The notes beneath the pieces are model-generated. The model was not told where the DNA came from and searched no databases. It worked only from the letters and a program-made list of their open reading frames with translations. The translations under genes and the position numbers were made by a program. DNA of 64,000 bases from Ostreococcus lucimarinus. Its lineage: Eukaryota. This document shows positions 29,271 to 40,400 of this stretch, piece by piece (within the stretch, counting starts at the first letter, position 1; each line of letters begins with the position of its first letter). The stretch lies in the NCBI GenBank assembly GCA_000092065.1, contig CP000591.1. One strand, 5' to 3'.

Positions 29271-32214
29271 CTAATCGCTCGTGTGGACGATGCACTGACG
29301 GGCAGCGTCGTACGAGAAGTGCGAGTTTCTGAAGGCTGAACTGCCGTAAAACGGCGCCAAATCCTCGATGCCGTACGCTCTCGCCTTGCTCTCGAGATCG
29401 CGGCAACGCACTGTCGTCGTCTGACCCGCGGTATCCGCTTGACTGTTCGGCTTGGCGCCGACATTTTCCCAGCGCATCGTTTCCCGAAGTAGTCCGCGAA
29501 GAATTTCGAGGAGCAAAGCGTCGTAGTCGCGATGGAAGTGCGTGTATCGCGCAAACTTCTTCTGCAGGGTCTTTTGCACGGATTGCTTTTGAGTGCCGAT
29601 GAAAGACTGCAGCATGCATCCAATCGCAGCGTCGATGTCATCAGCCGATACTTGCTGGCTAAGTCGCATCGCCGCTCGAGCTTCACTCATTCGGATGATG
29701 GACTCGATGTGACGCACGGCGACGGGCATGCCTTCACGCGTCACAGACTCCTTTCGCAATTCGGCGTAGACTCGTTGAATCTTCGGCAAGTCTTGCTGAT
29801 TTAGCTTTGGGCGACATTCTTTTTTCGCGTACGAAATATACTTGCGCAACAATTTTTGATCAATCGGCTCGATGTCGTCGTCGTCATTTTCCCCAAATGG
29901 ATTCTGCAACGGCGCTTCCGGATCGTCTTCAAATCTCGGATGGCACTTGACGTGGGAGTGTACCACGAACTTAGCGAGCCTTTCATCTAAGACAGGGTCA
30001 ATAACGTCGCGAACGACGCAAAGAATATCGAAGCGGGAAAGGATTGGATCCGTCAGTTCAACGTTGTCGCTGAACGTCTTGGACGAATCGTATCGACCGC
30101 CGATGGGGTTCGCTGCGGCGATGACCGAGCATCTCGCTTGTAAAGAAGTCACAATACCAGCCTTGGAGATAGATATGGATTGCTGCTCCATTGCCTCGTG
30201 AATGGAGACGCGATCTTGCTCGTTCATCTTATCGAATTCGTCAATGAGGCACACACCGCGATCGGCGAGCACGAGGGCGCCGCCTTCCAGCACAAACTCG
30301 CGAGTCACCGGATCTTTGTGCACGGCAGCTGTTAAACCGACCGCAGACGCGCCTTTACCAGTGGTGTACACGGCGCGACCCGCGGTGGCTTGTGTGTACT
30401 TCAAAAACTGTGATTTCGCAACACCGGGATCCCCGAGCAACAACATGTTGATGTCGCCGCGCAATCGCGTCTTGCCCTTGACGAACTTTTCTTGACCGCC
30501 AAACAGCGCAAATGCGATACCCATCTTGATATCTTCGTGCCCGTGAATGGACGGCGCGATAGACTTCATGATGCGTCGAACGATTTTGGGATCACGGCTG
30601 AGCTTTCTGATGTCCTCGCGATCTTCATCCGTGAGATTGCCCGACGAGTACAAATCTCCTTTTCGTTTGACGTAATTCGCCTCGATGTACGTCGTGAATA
30701 CGGGAAATCCCTGCTGACGCGTGTTCAGCGACGCTTCGAAGTTATTTGTGTACACCCCGGTGACTTCAATCTCGTCACCCGGTTTCGCCATGTCAATCAA
30801 GTCGTTCAACACGATAACCTCTTTACTTCGCGGAATGCGGCCAGCCGGAACGCTTCCCGGAGATTCCTGCAACGTCAACTTCTGGTAGTTGCGATACACC
30901 GTCTTTGCGGAGTTAATCTGCCATCTACCTTTTTGATGGCACTCCGGGCAGGCATTCGGGCGCTCCTCTTCTCTGCTACTATTTTGGAAGATTGGACCGA
31001 CGTTGTACGAACACACCATGCACGTGTACGTCACATTTTTCAGTTGCGGAAACACACCCGTGCGTCGCGTCACGACACCGCTGACGCGAATCAATGAGTT
31101 TAAGTGCGATTGGCGAATATCACGAATAGCGTCCTCGACGGGCAAATCCACGATTCGCACGAACACGTCGGGATGAATGTCGCCGTACGACGGGTAAAGC
31201 TTCAACACTTCGGTGAGCGCGACTTCGTCGAATAGATCGAGCATGTCCTTCGGCGCGTCCGCGACCCAAACCGCGATCAGAGACTCACTCTTCGCCAGGT
31301 GCATGTAACTGATTTCCAAACTCTGCAAGTTGTTGTTGCACATCTCGCGAATCTTTTTGTGATAAAGCGACCGCCCGGCTTCGTCGACTTGTCCTTTGCG
31401 CAAAAACCGACTCAAACGCTTGCGAATCTCCACCTTCGTGCGATCCTTCGTGATCCACTCGCGAAGAGGGCAATCGTACACGTCAATGTTCACGTCGAAT
31501 TCCTCGTCATCGTCTTCCATGTCCCCATCTGCGGCGCGATCCGCGGCCCTTCGCCTTCGCGCCTGCCGCAACCATTCGTCCTCGCCCTCCTCGAGCGCCC
31601 GCGGCCGCACCCGACCCGCGCGTCGTCCACCACGATCTTCATAAATATCCCGCTGTTCCATCAACTCTTCCGCGCGCAATCGCGCCTCGAGTTCGGCCTC
31701 CGCATCGTACTCTTCGTCCTCCTGCGCCAGTCCCGCCTCTTCGTACTGGTCCAAGTGCGGCATCACTTGGTAATCCCTACGCCGTACGAAAATAACGCGT
31801 TCCTCACGTTCGTCAGTCGCGCGATCCGACGCTCACTCCATCCCCACCGTCGCGTCTCGCCCCGCGCGCCGCCCTTGGCGCGTCTTCCCCGCTCTCGCGT
31901 CGTCCGCGCGCGAGCGACAGCTCGAAATTCAAATATTCAAACCCGCGTCCCGTCCCCGTTCTCGCCCTCGCGCGTCGCGCGTCGCTCGCGTCGCTCCCGC
32001 ACCGTTCCATGTCGTTCATCAAATCCTCTCCATCGCTCTCGTCGTCGCTCCCGCGCGAGTCCTCGCTCGCGTCGCCGTCGCTCGCCCCGACGTCGTCGCG
32101 CTGATCGTGATGCGGCACGAACGGATCGTCCGCGCCCGCGCGCTCGAACGCGTCCCGCGCGTCGTCGTACGCGTCCGAGGCGTCGTCGCGGTCATCGCTA
32201 TCGCTCGTCGCCAT
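29271..32214 (-). CDS. MCM2: DNA replication licensing factor MCM2. Two exons, 32214-32003 and 31776-29271 (minus strand), about 905 aa.
   Basis: Exon 2 carries the MCM box (Walker A GDPGVAKSQ, IDEFDKM, arginine finger SRFD) and a Zn finger. Exon 1 (ATG 32214, MATSDSDDRDD...GEDLMNDME) is the acidic Ser-rich N-terminus. The splice ...DMER|DYQVMPHLDQYEEAGL reproduces the conserved MCM2 N-terminal motif. Confidence 0.9.
31777..32002 (-). other. Intron 1 of MCM2 (226 nt, phase 2, GTGCGG...CGTAG on the minus strand)
   Basis: Needed to join the two conserved MCM2 segments, which lie in different frames. It contains TTTGAATATTTGAATTTCGAG. Confidence 0.8.
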
Positions 32215-32454
32215 CGCGGCGCGCGCGCGTCGTCGCGTCGCGTCGCGTCGCGCGTCGTCGAGTGTCGCGCGCGCGTTTGAATTCGCATCACAGCTCGACG
32301 CGCGCGCGACGCGCCGGCGACGCGCCTTCGGCGAGCGCGCGCGCGGCGAGCGCGAGCGAGCGACGTCGCGCGCGCGCGCGCCGCGCGAGGACGAAACCGC
32401 GCGCGAGGACGACGAGGCGCGCGATCGCGGATCGCGAATCGCGACGCGCGGGCG

Positions 32455-33147
32455 ATGGAAACGAAACGCGTCGTCTTCGTGTCGCTGAAACCGTCGTCGA
32501 CGGCGAGCGATGATCAACACGCGTCGAGGAACGCGCGACGGAAGCGCGCGCTCGGGATCGAGGAGAGGGCGACGTGGGAGGAGTTTGTGAGCGCGGCGTG
32601 CGCGCGGTTGCAAATCGCGGGCGCGCGGGCGGTGTATCACGCGAGCACGGGCGAACGCGTGCACGGGATAGAGGACGTGCAAGACATTGAAGATTTAATC
32701 GTCGAGGAGGATGAGAGCGCGCGGATGATGACGAGCGGCGCGACGCCGGGGGTGAGCCCGTTGCGAACGCCGAACGGACGCGCGAACGGGGCGACCGCGC
32801 GCGGAACGCCGGGAAGGGATTACGACGGTGATTACGACGACGACGATGGAAAGAGTAAACCGCGAAGGATGTCGGTGCTGTTGTCGAGCCTCGTACCGGG
32901 ACTCGGCAGCGCGGTGGGCGACGGGGCGTTGAGGAAACTGGACAGCGCGTTGGACGCGGCGGAGCGCGGCGACGACGACGGCCGATCGAAGAATCATCGC
33001 GTGCCGACGCGCAAGCCCGTGGGCGCGCGAAAGACGTTGAAGCGAAAGAAGCGCTTGAATAGGCGCGCGGCGGCGTTGTTGCTGATCGTGTTCGTCGGTA
33101 CGTTGGTGTACGTCTTCGGTCGACGCTTTGAAGACGCGCCGTTCTAA
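32455..33147 (+). CDS. Hypothetical tail-anchored protein (N-terminal ubiquitin-like/PB1-like fold?)
   Basis: 230-codon ORF from ATG 32455 with a C-terminal hydrophobic anchor AAALLLIVFVGTLVYVFG. It is divergent from MCM2. Confidence 0.5.
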   Translation: METKRVVFVSLKPSSTASDDQHASRNARRKRALGIEERATWEEFVSAACARLQIAGARAVYHASTGERVHGIEDVQDIEDLIVEEDESARMMTSGATPGVSPLRTPNGRANGATARGTPGRDYDGDYDDDDGKSKPRRMSVLLSSLVPGLGSAVGDGALRKLDSALDAAERGDDDGRSKNHRVPTRKPVGARKTLKRKKRLNRRAAALLLIVFVGTLVYVFGRRFEDAPF

Positions 33148-33245
33148 TAGTCTAGTTGTAAAACAGTCGTCATTGCGTCGCGTTCGCGACTTTGTCTCGG
33201 CGCCTCCGCGCGGTGCGCATCGCGCGAACGCGTAGCGCGCGACGC

Positions 33246-34175
33246 ATGCGCTCGTTCGGCGCGCCGTCGACGTCGGCGGCTCGTCCAACGCACGTCAGGA
33301 CGAAAAGTGCACCCAGACACAAATCCCGCTCGCGCGCCGCGCCGCGCGCCGCGGACGACCCGCAGGCGTGGGAACGGTTTTATCTCACGCACAGTAAAGA
33401 CGGCGCCAAAGGACACGACGTCGGGGCGTTCAAAGATCGGCATTACCTCCGGAAAGCGTTCGGGGAACTGGTGGACGAAGAAGCGCGCGCGGCGCCGGAG
33501 ACTTTTCGCCCGGCGCTTCGCCCGAGCGAGCTCCCAGACGTGGACGAAACGCGCAAAATCGATGTTTTGGAGCTCGGGTGTGGGGTCGGGAACTCGGTGT
33601 TTCCGCTTTTGAGGGCGAATTTAAACATGCGAGTCGTGGCGGTGGACTGTTCGCCGACGGCGATTGCGGCGGTTCGCGCGAACCCGGAGTTCGATGCGCG
33701 ACGACTTCGCACGCACGTCGTCGATGCGAGCGCGCGTCGTTCGATGGAGAGTTGCGTTGACGACGCATCGGTCGACGCCGTGACCGCGGTGTTCTTTCTT
33801 TCCGCGCTCACGGCGAACGGGTTGCGAAACGCCGCTGAGGAAATTCGGCGCGTGCTACGTCCGAATGGTGTACTTTTATTTCGAGATTACGCGAGAGGGG
33901 ACGTTAAGAACGCAGATGCGTCGTCGCAGTTTGTGCCGGGCGAACGCATCGATGAGAATGCGTCTTTGTCGTCGACGTCGAACGAGCAAACGTACCGCCG
34001 TTCCGACGGCACGCTCGCCGTCTTCTTCGACGAAGACGAGTTAAACGACGTGTTTGCATCCGTCGGGTTGGTGGGCGAGTGCGAAATAGTCACGCACTCA
34101 ATCACGAACCGCAAGCTAGGAGTGACGATGGATCGAAAGTTTGTGCAAGGGCGGTTCGTGAGGCTCGCAGGGTGA
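33246..34175 (+). CDS. METTL2/METTL6-like S-adenosylmethionine-dependent methyltransferase
   Basis: WERFY...KDRHYL then SAM motif I VLELGCGVGNSVFPLL, then VLLFRDYARGD. First ATG at 33246. Confidence 0.75.
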   Translation: MRSFGAPSTSAARPTHVRTKSAPRHKSRSRAAPRAADDPQAWERFYLTHSKDGAKGHDVGAFKDRHYLRKAFGELVDEEARAAPETFRPALRPSELPDVDETRKIDVLELGCGVGNSVFPLLRANLNMRVVAVDCSPTAIAAVRANPEFDARRLRTHVVDASARRSMESCVDDASVDAVTAVFFLSALTANGLRNAAEEIRRVLRPNGVLLFRDYARGDVKNADASSQFVPGERIDENASLSSTSNEQTYRRSDGTLAVFFDEDELNDVFASVGLVGECEIVTHSITNRKLGVTMDRKFVQGRFVRLAG

Positions 34176-34222
34176 GTCGTTTGAATATAGATTTGTCATT
34201 TACATCTGTAGCGATCCCTATC

Positions 34223-35764
34223 TCACGCCGCAACCGATTGAGCGTTCGCGTCGCCGAGCACCGCCTCGCTCGCAGTCGGCGGGGCGAGGATCTTCCTGCT
34301 CTCGTGGAAGTATTGATGCGGCGTGTGCACGCCCGCCTCGATTTCGACGCCGTCGTGAATCGCCGCAAACGTCATACCGCACGCGATTTGGTAGTGCATA
34401 TTCGTCGCCTTCTCGACAATCGCGTGCGACTTAGCACCAGAGATTTTCAACGTACCGAGCAACTCGTGCAAACGTGCGCCGTTATCCTTGACGCCAGACG
34501 TGAGCGTCTTGAACGGACAACCGTGCGCGTCCTTCACGCCCGGATCCGCTGCGATGCACTGACCGCACGCGTGCGGGGTGTAGTTGACGCGCTTCCCTTC
34601 CTTACCGTACGCGTGTCTGATACCATACGCGTAATCTTTTTCAAACTTCTCCGCGGAGCATTTCGGGTGCTTTGTGAACTCTGTCTTCCAAAACACGAGC
34701 GCCTGGTCCAGAGGCAAGCCGATGCCCTTCAAATACAGTTGCAGTTGTCGTCGACCGCCGTGCGTCAGGTGATGATCTTTCTTGAGCGCCTTGTAAAGCT
34801 GGCGCATGCACAGCGGGAAAGACTCTTGCGTGGCTTCGATGCCGGCGATCGACATCGTGCCGTCTTCGCCTTGGAAATCGTACCCGCTTCCCGATCGACG
34901 GTTGTGCACAGATTTCAAAAGCGGCGTCAAACGGTGAGCCTCCTTCTTTTCAAACTTGTTGAAGAGCGTGATGGCTTCGGCGACCATCTTGTTCAGCATC
35001 GTCTTAAACCGACCGAACACGAGTTGATCGAGGGTTTCTTTACGAATCCACGCGTTTCCGCCGATCAAGTACGCCCGTCTCGACTTGACGAGCGGGCACA
35101 CCTCTTCGAAACCGACGACGAACCAACGCGACGCCTCGCTCGCCGCTTCCTCGCACATCCTCTGGTACTCCATCGTCCCGAGCTTACCATCTTTACTGAG
35201 ACTTCGACGCATCTGCCTATACTCGTGGTCCGCCATCAAGACGTCCCGCAAATCGTCCCGTCTCTCCCGCACTTCCTTCTCGCTCGCCCGCGCGTAATCG
35301 TTAAACCCATTCGTCCGCATAAACTCCATCTTCGCGTCCAAACTCAGCTCACCGTACCGATACTTGAACAACTCCAACTCGTTCTCCCGAAACCATCGCC
35401 TGTGTTCTTCGCTTCGACAGCTCGCCAACCTCAACAAAAAATGACTCGTCGCGTCTCTCGCCGCGCCCTCCGCGTCAAACGTCCCCCCCGTCGTCCGTCG
35501 CATGTTATATTCCTCCTCCGCGCTCGCGATCGCCCGTTTCAATTCCTCATCCTTCTTCCCACCGCTTCGCGCGTCGTCGATCGCCCGCAAGACGCCGTAC
35601 CGATCCATCGCCGCGCGCTCCAGGTACTCGATGGAGCGTTCGTCATCCGGCGCGGTGTTGTACGCGTCCAACCGCGCCGCGTTTCCGCCGTACTTTCGCT
35701 CGAGCGCGGTCTTGGCGCGCGCTTCCGCTTTCTCTCGATTCGTGCGCAGCGCGCCGAAGACCAT
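34223..35764 (-). CDS. PRIM2: DNA primase large subunit (PriL/PRIM2)
   Basis: PLCMRQLYKALKKDHHLTHGGRRQLQLYLKGIGLPLDQALVFW...HACGQCIAADPGVKDAHGCPFK is the Fe-S cluster domain of the eukaryotic primase large subunit. ATG at 35764. Confidence 0.85.
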   Translation of the reverse strand: MVFGALRTNREKAEARAKTALERKYGGNAARLDAYNTAPDDERSIEYLERAAMDRYGVLRAIDDARSGGKKDEELKRAIASAEEEYNMRRTTGGTFDAEGAARDATSHFLLRLASCRSEEHRRWFRENELELFKYRYGELSLDAKMEFMRTNGFNDYARASEKEVRERRDDLRDVLMADHEYRQMRRSLSKDGKLGTMEYQRMCEEAASEASRWFVVGFEEVCPLVKSRRAYLIGGNAWIRKETLDQLVFGRFKTMLNKMVAEAITLFNKFEKKEAHRLTPLLKSVHNRRSGSGYDFQGEDGTMSIAGIEATQESFPLCMRQLYKALKKDHHLTHGGRRQLQLYLKGIGLPLDQALVFWKTEFTKHPKCSAEKFEKDYAYGIRHAYGKEGKRVNYTPHACGQCIAADPGVKDAHGCPFKTLTSGVKDNGARLHELLGTLKISGAKSHAIVEKATNMHYQIACGMTFAAIHDGVEIEAGVHTPHQYFHESRKILAPPTASEAVLGDANAQSVAA

Positions 35765-35824
35765 GGCGGCGTCGCCGCCGTCGTCGCGCGTCGCCGTGTC
35801 GCGCGATCGTCGAGCTGTCGCCGC

Positions 35825-36039
35825 GTCGCGATTTCAAATTTCGTGGCGTCGGCGCCGCGCGCGGTGCGATTTCGAGGGTCGGCCTCGCGCACCGCGCACT
35901 GTTTACCCATACGCGCGTCGCGATTTCAAATTTCGTGGCGTCGGCGCCGCGCGCGGTGCGATTTCGAGGCGTCGGCGCCGCGCGCGGTGCGATTTCGAGG
36001 GTCGGACCTCGCGCACCGCGCACTGTTTACCCATACGCG
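35825..36039. repeat. Tandem duplication (about 92 bp unit x2, the second copy carrying an internal 31-bp re-duplication) in the primase/36129-gene bidirectional promoter
   Basis: Unit gtcgcgatttcaaatttcgtggcgtcggcgccgcgcgcggtgcgatttcgagggtcgg[c/a]cctcgcgcaccgcgcactgtttacccatacgcg at 35825-35916 and 35917-36039. Each copy carries TTTCAAATTTCG and CACTGTTTACCCATACGCG. Confidence 0.85.
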
Positions 36040-36128
36040 TCAACGCGCGGACGCGGCGCGACGCGCGACGCGCGCGCGCACGTCGCGACGCGCGCGCGAC
36101 CGCGACCGCGACCGCGCGGCGACGCGCC

Positions 36129-37364
36129 ATGTCCGCGGCGCTGGCGGAGACGATCGCGCGCGACGCCGCGGACGGACGCGCGGGCGAGTACGACCTCGCG
36201 GGATTCGGCGAGGCGTGGGTCGACGCGCTCGTCGAGGCGGCGTTCGCGACGCCGACGCGCGCGAAAGGAGGGTTTTACGCGTCGTGCAAGTTCATCGTCG
36301 GCGGCGGGAAGAAGACGCGGGCGAAGTACGACGATGAGGTGGTGAAACACTTGACGGCGGCGCTGCGCGCGAGGGGGTTCGAGGACGACAGAGGCGCGAG
36401 CGCGTGCGAGGCGTGCCAAGGGACGTATAAGTACCAGCACGACACGGATAAGGATTTAAAATACTTGCACGTGTTTCCGAGGGTGACGCACGAGGCGGAG
36501 GGGGGGGAGGCGGCGGCGGCGGCGGGCGGGACGCAGTCGCCCGAGTATCGCGCGTGCGCGTGCGATTTGGAGGAGTTCGAGCGATTGGTGGAGATGTATT
36601 GTCCGAGCTTTTCGCAAAAGCGCGCGCTGTTGCGCAGGATGAAGGTGATGGAGCACGCGCTCGGGGCGCTGGAACAAAAGGTGATCGCGATGGAGAGCTT
36701 GAATGATCGCGAGCAGACGATGTACGACTCGATGGTTGAAGTCGCGGCGAAGATTGAGTTCTTACAACAGGCGCTGGACGACATGATCAAGAAGGGTCGA
36801 TTGACGAAAGGCGAACAAGGAGAAATCGTCGAAGATTTGGAGCTCAAGCTCGAAGATTTGAACCTGATGGTGAACGAGGCGAACGAGGAGGGGAAGCCGA
36901 AGCGCGCGGAGATGCTCGAGAGCAAGAAGGAAATCGTCGTCAAGAAGATTGACTCGGTGCGCGCGAAACCTCCAATCGTGTACACGGTGCCGCACGAACG
37001 CGAACTTTTGGACTTGAAGAAGGAGCTGAACTCGCTGAAAAAAATTGCCGCACAATCGAAAGGAAAGTTGATGAGCGGTGCGGACGCGGCGAAGTGCGCG
37101 AATATTCCCAAGCTCGAAGAGCGCATAGCGAATTTGGAAAACTCCGAGGAAAAAGGATGGTACGAGGACGAATGCCGAGCGCTTCTCTTTCCACCGGTCG
37201 CCGAAAAGAAAGCACCGGCGAAGGCCAAGGCGAGTGGCGCCAAAACCAATTCGGGATGGCTCACCAAGGCGGCAAAGGGCGGATCGCGCGGCGGAGGTGG
37301 ATCCGCGAAAGCTTCGTCGACTCGTGGTCCTTCCAACCCGTTCGCGATGCTCGGCGACGATTAG
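36129..37364 (+). CDS. Hypothetical coiled-coil protein
   Basis: ATG at 36129 (MSAALAETIARDAADG...). Heptad-rich central region (LEQKVIAMESLNDREQTMYDSMVEVAAKIEFLQQALDDMIKKG...). The upstream part of ORF 35502 is antisense to the primase gene and is not coding. Confidence 0.6.
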   Translation: MSAALAETIARDAADGRAGEYDLAGFGEAWVDALVEAAFATPTRAKGGFYASCKFIVGGGKKTRAKYDDEVVKHLTAALRARGFEDDRGASACEACQGTYKYQHDTDKDLKYLHVFPRVTHEAEGGEAAAAAGGTQSPEYRACACDLEEFERLVEMYCPSFSQKRALLRRMKVMEHALGALEQKVIAMESLNDREQTMYDSMVEVAAKIEFLQQALDDMIKKGRLTKGEQGEIVEDLELKLEDLNLMVNEANEEGKPKRAEMLESKKEIVVKKIDSVRAKPPIVYTVPHERELLDLKKELNSLKKIAAQSKGKLMSGADAAKCANIPKLEERIANLENSEEKGWYEDECRALLFPPVAEKKAPAKAKASGAKTNSGWLTKAAKGGSRGGGGSAKASSTRGPSNPFAMLGDD

Positions 37365-37411
37365 CATATAGCGGGTGTTTATATATCACAACATTCATCA
37401 AAATGTGCGTA

Positions 37412-40400
37412 TCAACGTTCACTGTGGTGTCTGGGCGGTCGAAACGGCAAAGGTTCGACGTTCCAAATCTTCGCCGCGTACTCCCGAATCGTGCGATCGG
37501 ATGAAAACATCCACATCGAACACGCAGCTTCGATGCACTTTGCGGTCCACTTCTCTTCGTACTGATACGCCGCATCGGCTTCTGCAATCGCCCCTAGATA
37601 CGACGGAAAATCATGCGCGGTGAGGTAGACGTCTTTCCTCGGATCGATGGCGTCCAAGAGCTGGTTGTACGCTCCGTCGTCCGGCTTGCCGAAGATGCCG
37701 GCGCGAATCATTCCCATGGCGCGGTGAAGACGAGGATCAATTTTTGGTGGGTCGTGCGCCATCTTGCGTCGAATCGCCGCGACTTGATCCGCCTTCGCGC
37801 CAAACGTGAACATGTTATGCTCGCCAATCGCTTGTTCTATCTCGATGTTCGCCCCGTCCATTGTACCCACGATCAATCCGCCGTTCATGACGAACTTCAT
37901 GTTCCCGGTGCCGCTCGCCTCCATACCCGCAGTGGAGATGTGTTGCGAGATATCACTCGCGGGAATGAGAATCTCCGCTAGAGACACGTTGAAGTTGGGA
38001 ACGAACACCACCTTGAGTAAGTCACGACACGCCGCGTCGGAGTTCACGACTTCAGACACGGCGCATACGAGCATGACAAGATTTTTCGCCATGACGTATC
38101 CGGGCGCAGCTTTGCCGGCGATGATGTGCACGCGCGGCACCATTGTTTTGCGCTGTTCGGGCGTAGCCTGCGTGATTTCGGCGTAGCGGTGCACGATTCC
38201 AAGGACATTCAACAACTGGCGCTTGTATTCGTGTATGCGTTTGATTTGCATGTCGAACAAGGCGTTGGGATCGACGCGGATATTCATCGAACGGTACAGC
38301 CATTCCGCAAGCGCTTGCTTGTTCGTTTGCTTGGCCGCGCGCCAACGCTGTCGAAATTGCGGATCTTGCGCCATCGTCTTGATCGGCTCGAGTCGCTTGA
38401 GATCGTTTACCCACCCAGGGCCGACCATGCCCGTGTAAATGCTCGCGAGCGCTGGATTCGCTTGCAACAGCCATCGTCGCGGCGTGACACCATTCGTCAC
38501 GTTGATGAACTTTTCTGGCCACATCAACAAAAAGTCGGGGAATAGCAAAGACTTCAAAAGCTTGGTGTGGATCATCGCCACCCCGTTTACGGTGTGCGAC
38601 CCGATGACGGCTAAGTTGGACATGCGTACCATCTTGGGTGATGACTCTTCGATGATACTCATCGACGACATGCGCGCGGTGTCGTTTGGCCACATCTTTT
38701 GAACCTCAAGCAAAAACCGGTGGTTGATTTCGTAAATGATTTGCATGTGTCGCGGCAAGAGCTCGGTGATCATCGGCACCGGCCACTTCTCCAGTGCCTC
38801 CGGGAGAATGGTGTGGTTGGTGTACGCGAAGACTTTTCTCGTTATTTCCCACGCCTCGTCCCAAGGTAGACGCTCGATGTCGAGGAGCAAACGCATGAGT
38901 TCGGGAATAGCAATCGCCGGGTGCGTGTCGTTGAGCTGTATCGCCACCTTGTCCGGCATATTCTTCATCGTCGTAGACCCACGACCGACGTTCTTCTTGA
39001 AACGTCTATAGATGTCTTGTAAAGTCGCGCTGACGAAGAAGTATTGTTGCTTCAATCGCAAACGCTTACCTTCTTCCGTGGCGTCGTTCGGGTACAGCAC
39101 TGACGTGATACTCTCGCAACGTTCCTTCGCCTCGACCGCGCCGTAGTAATTACCGGCGTTAAACGAGGCGAGATTGAATTCGTGCGATGGCTTGCTACTC
39201 CACAGTCGCATATTGTTGGTGTTGTACGTACCGTAGCCTGGAATCGGGGTATCGTACGCCTGCGCCATGACGACTTCGCCGCCCTCCCACGCGTACAACG
39301 TGTTCCCGTCCGGATCTTGAAACTCTCGAACGTGGCCGAATAAACGAACCGGGTACTGCACGTCTAATCGTTCAACTTCCCACGGGTTCCCATCGGTAAG
39401 CCAATAATCTGGAAACTCCACTTGTTTACCATTCACGATTCTTTGCTCAAACATTCCGTACTTGTAGCGAATGCCGTACCCCCACGCGGGATAATTTTGC
39501 GTCGCGAGCGTGTCCAAGAAACAAGACGCCAAGCGCCCCAGACCCCCGTTCCCGAGCGCTGGCTCTTTTTCCTCTGACATGATATCTTCCAAATCGTATC
39601 CAATCTGCCGCAAAGCCTCGGCGTAGGCGCCTCGTAACCCGAGATTTGAGACGGCATTGCCGAGCGAGCGGCCGATTAAAAATTCGAGCGACAGATAGTA
39701 CACTTTCTTCGCCCCTTTCTTGGCCGAATACTGCTGCGTGTCCGTCCATCGCTCGATCAATCGATCTCGCACCGAGTGCGCGGTGGCTTGATAAAACGAG
39801 CTCGTATCGAGCTTGTACCTCCTTCGCGCGAGCGTATACTCCACGTGCCGCACCAACGATCGCTGCAAACTCGCCACGTCGTTTGGCAAGTACGTGCTCG
39901 ATAGCTTCCACAACAACTCCTTGTGCGCCAAGTGATCGACGCCCATCTCTGCATCGTCGACGTACTGACGCGGGCGATCGAGGATCGTCGTCGCGCTCTC
40001 CAAGAACGATGACTCGGTCACGTCCGCGCGATCGCTTTCCATATCCACGCTAAACGAATCCAGCTGCCCGAGCGAGTCTTTCCTCCGATGCTGCAACAAA
40101 GACGCTCCGCTCGACCGTGGACTGTGCAAGCTCACCGGCGGTCGCCCTCGATGATGATTCTGATGTTGTTGGTACTGATATCCACCCCTGTCGACGCCCA
40201 CGATCACGGGCATACCCGTCTCGTCGTCCCCTCGCGCGTACGATCCCGCGCCGCTCCTCGCCATCCGACCGCCGTACGCGCTCGACGTCGACGAGTCGTT
40301 CTCCTGCGCCAGATTCGCCCGCAAGCTCTGTTCGAGCCACGCGTCCACGCGCGTGTTTTGCCCGCTCGCCACGGACGAGCCCGGCTTCCGCCTCGCGCTC

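Noticed and set aside
35825-36039. Tandem and direct repeats (35825-36039, 63606-63735), considered as a possible CRISPR array or minisatellite.
   Set aside because: The genome is eukaryotic. There are only two copies with no spacer-repeat periodicity, and they sit in promoters. They are interpreted as duplicated regulatory modules.
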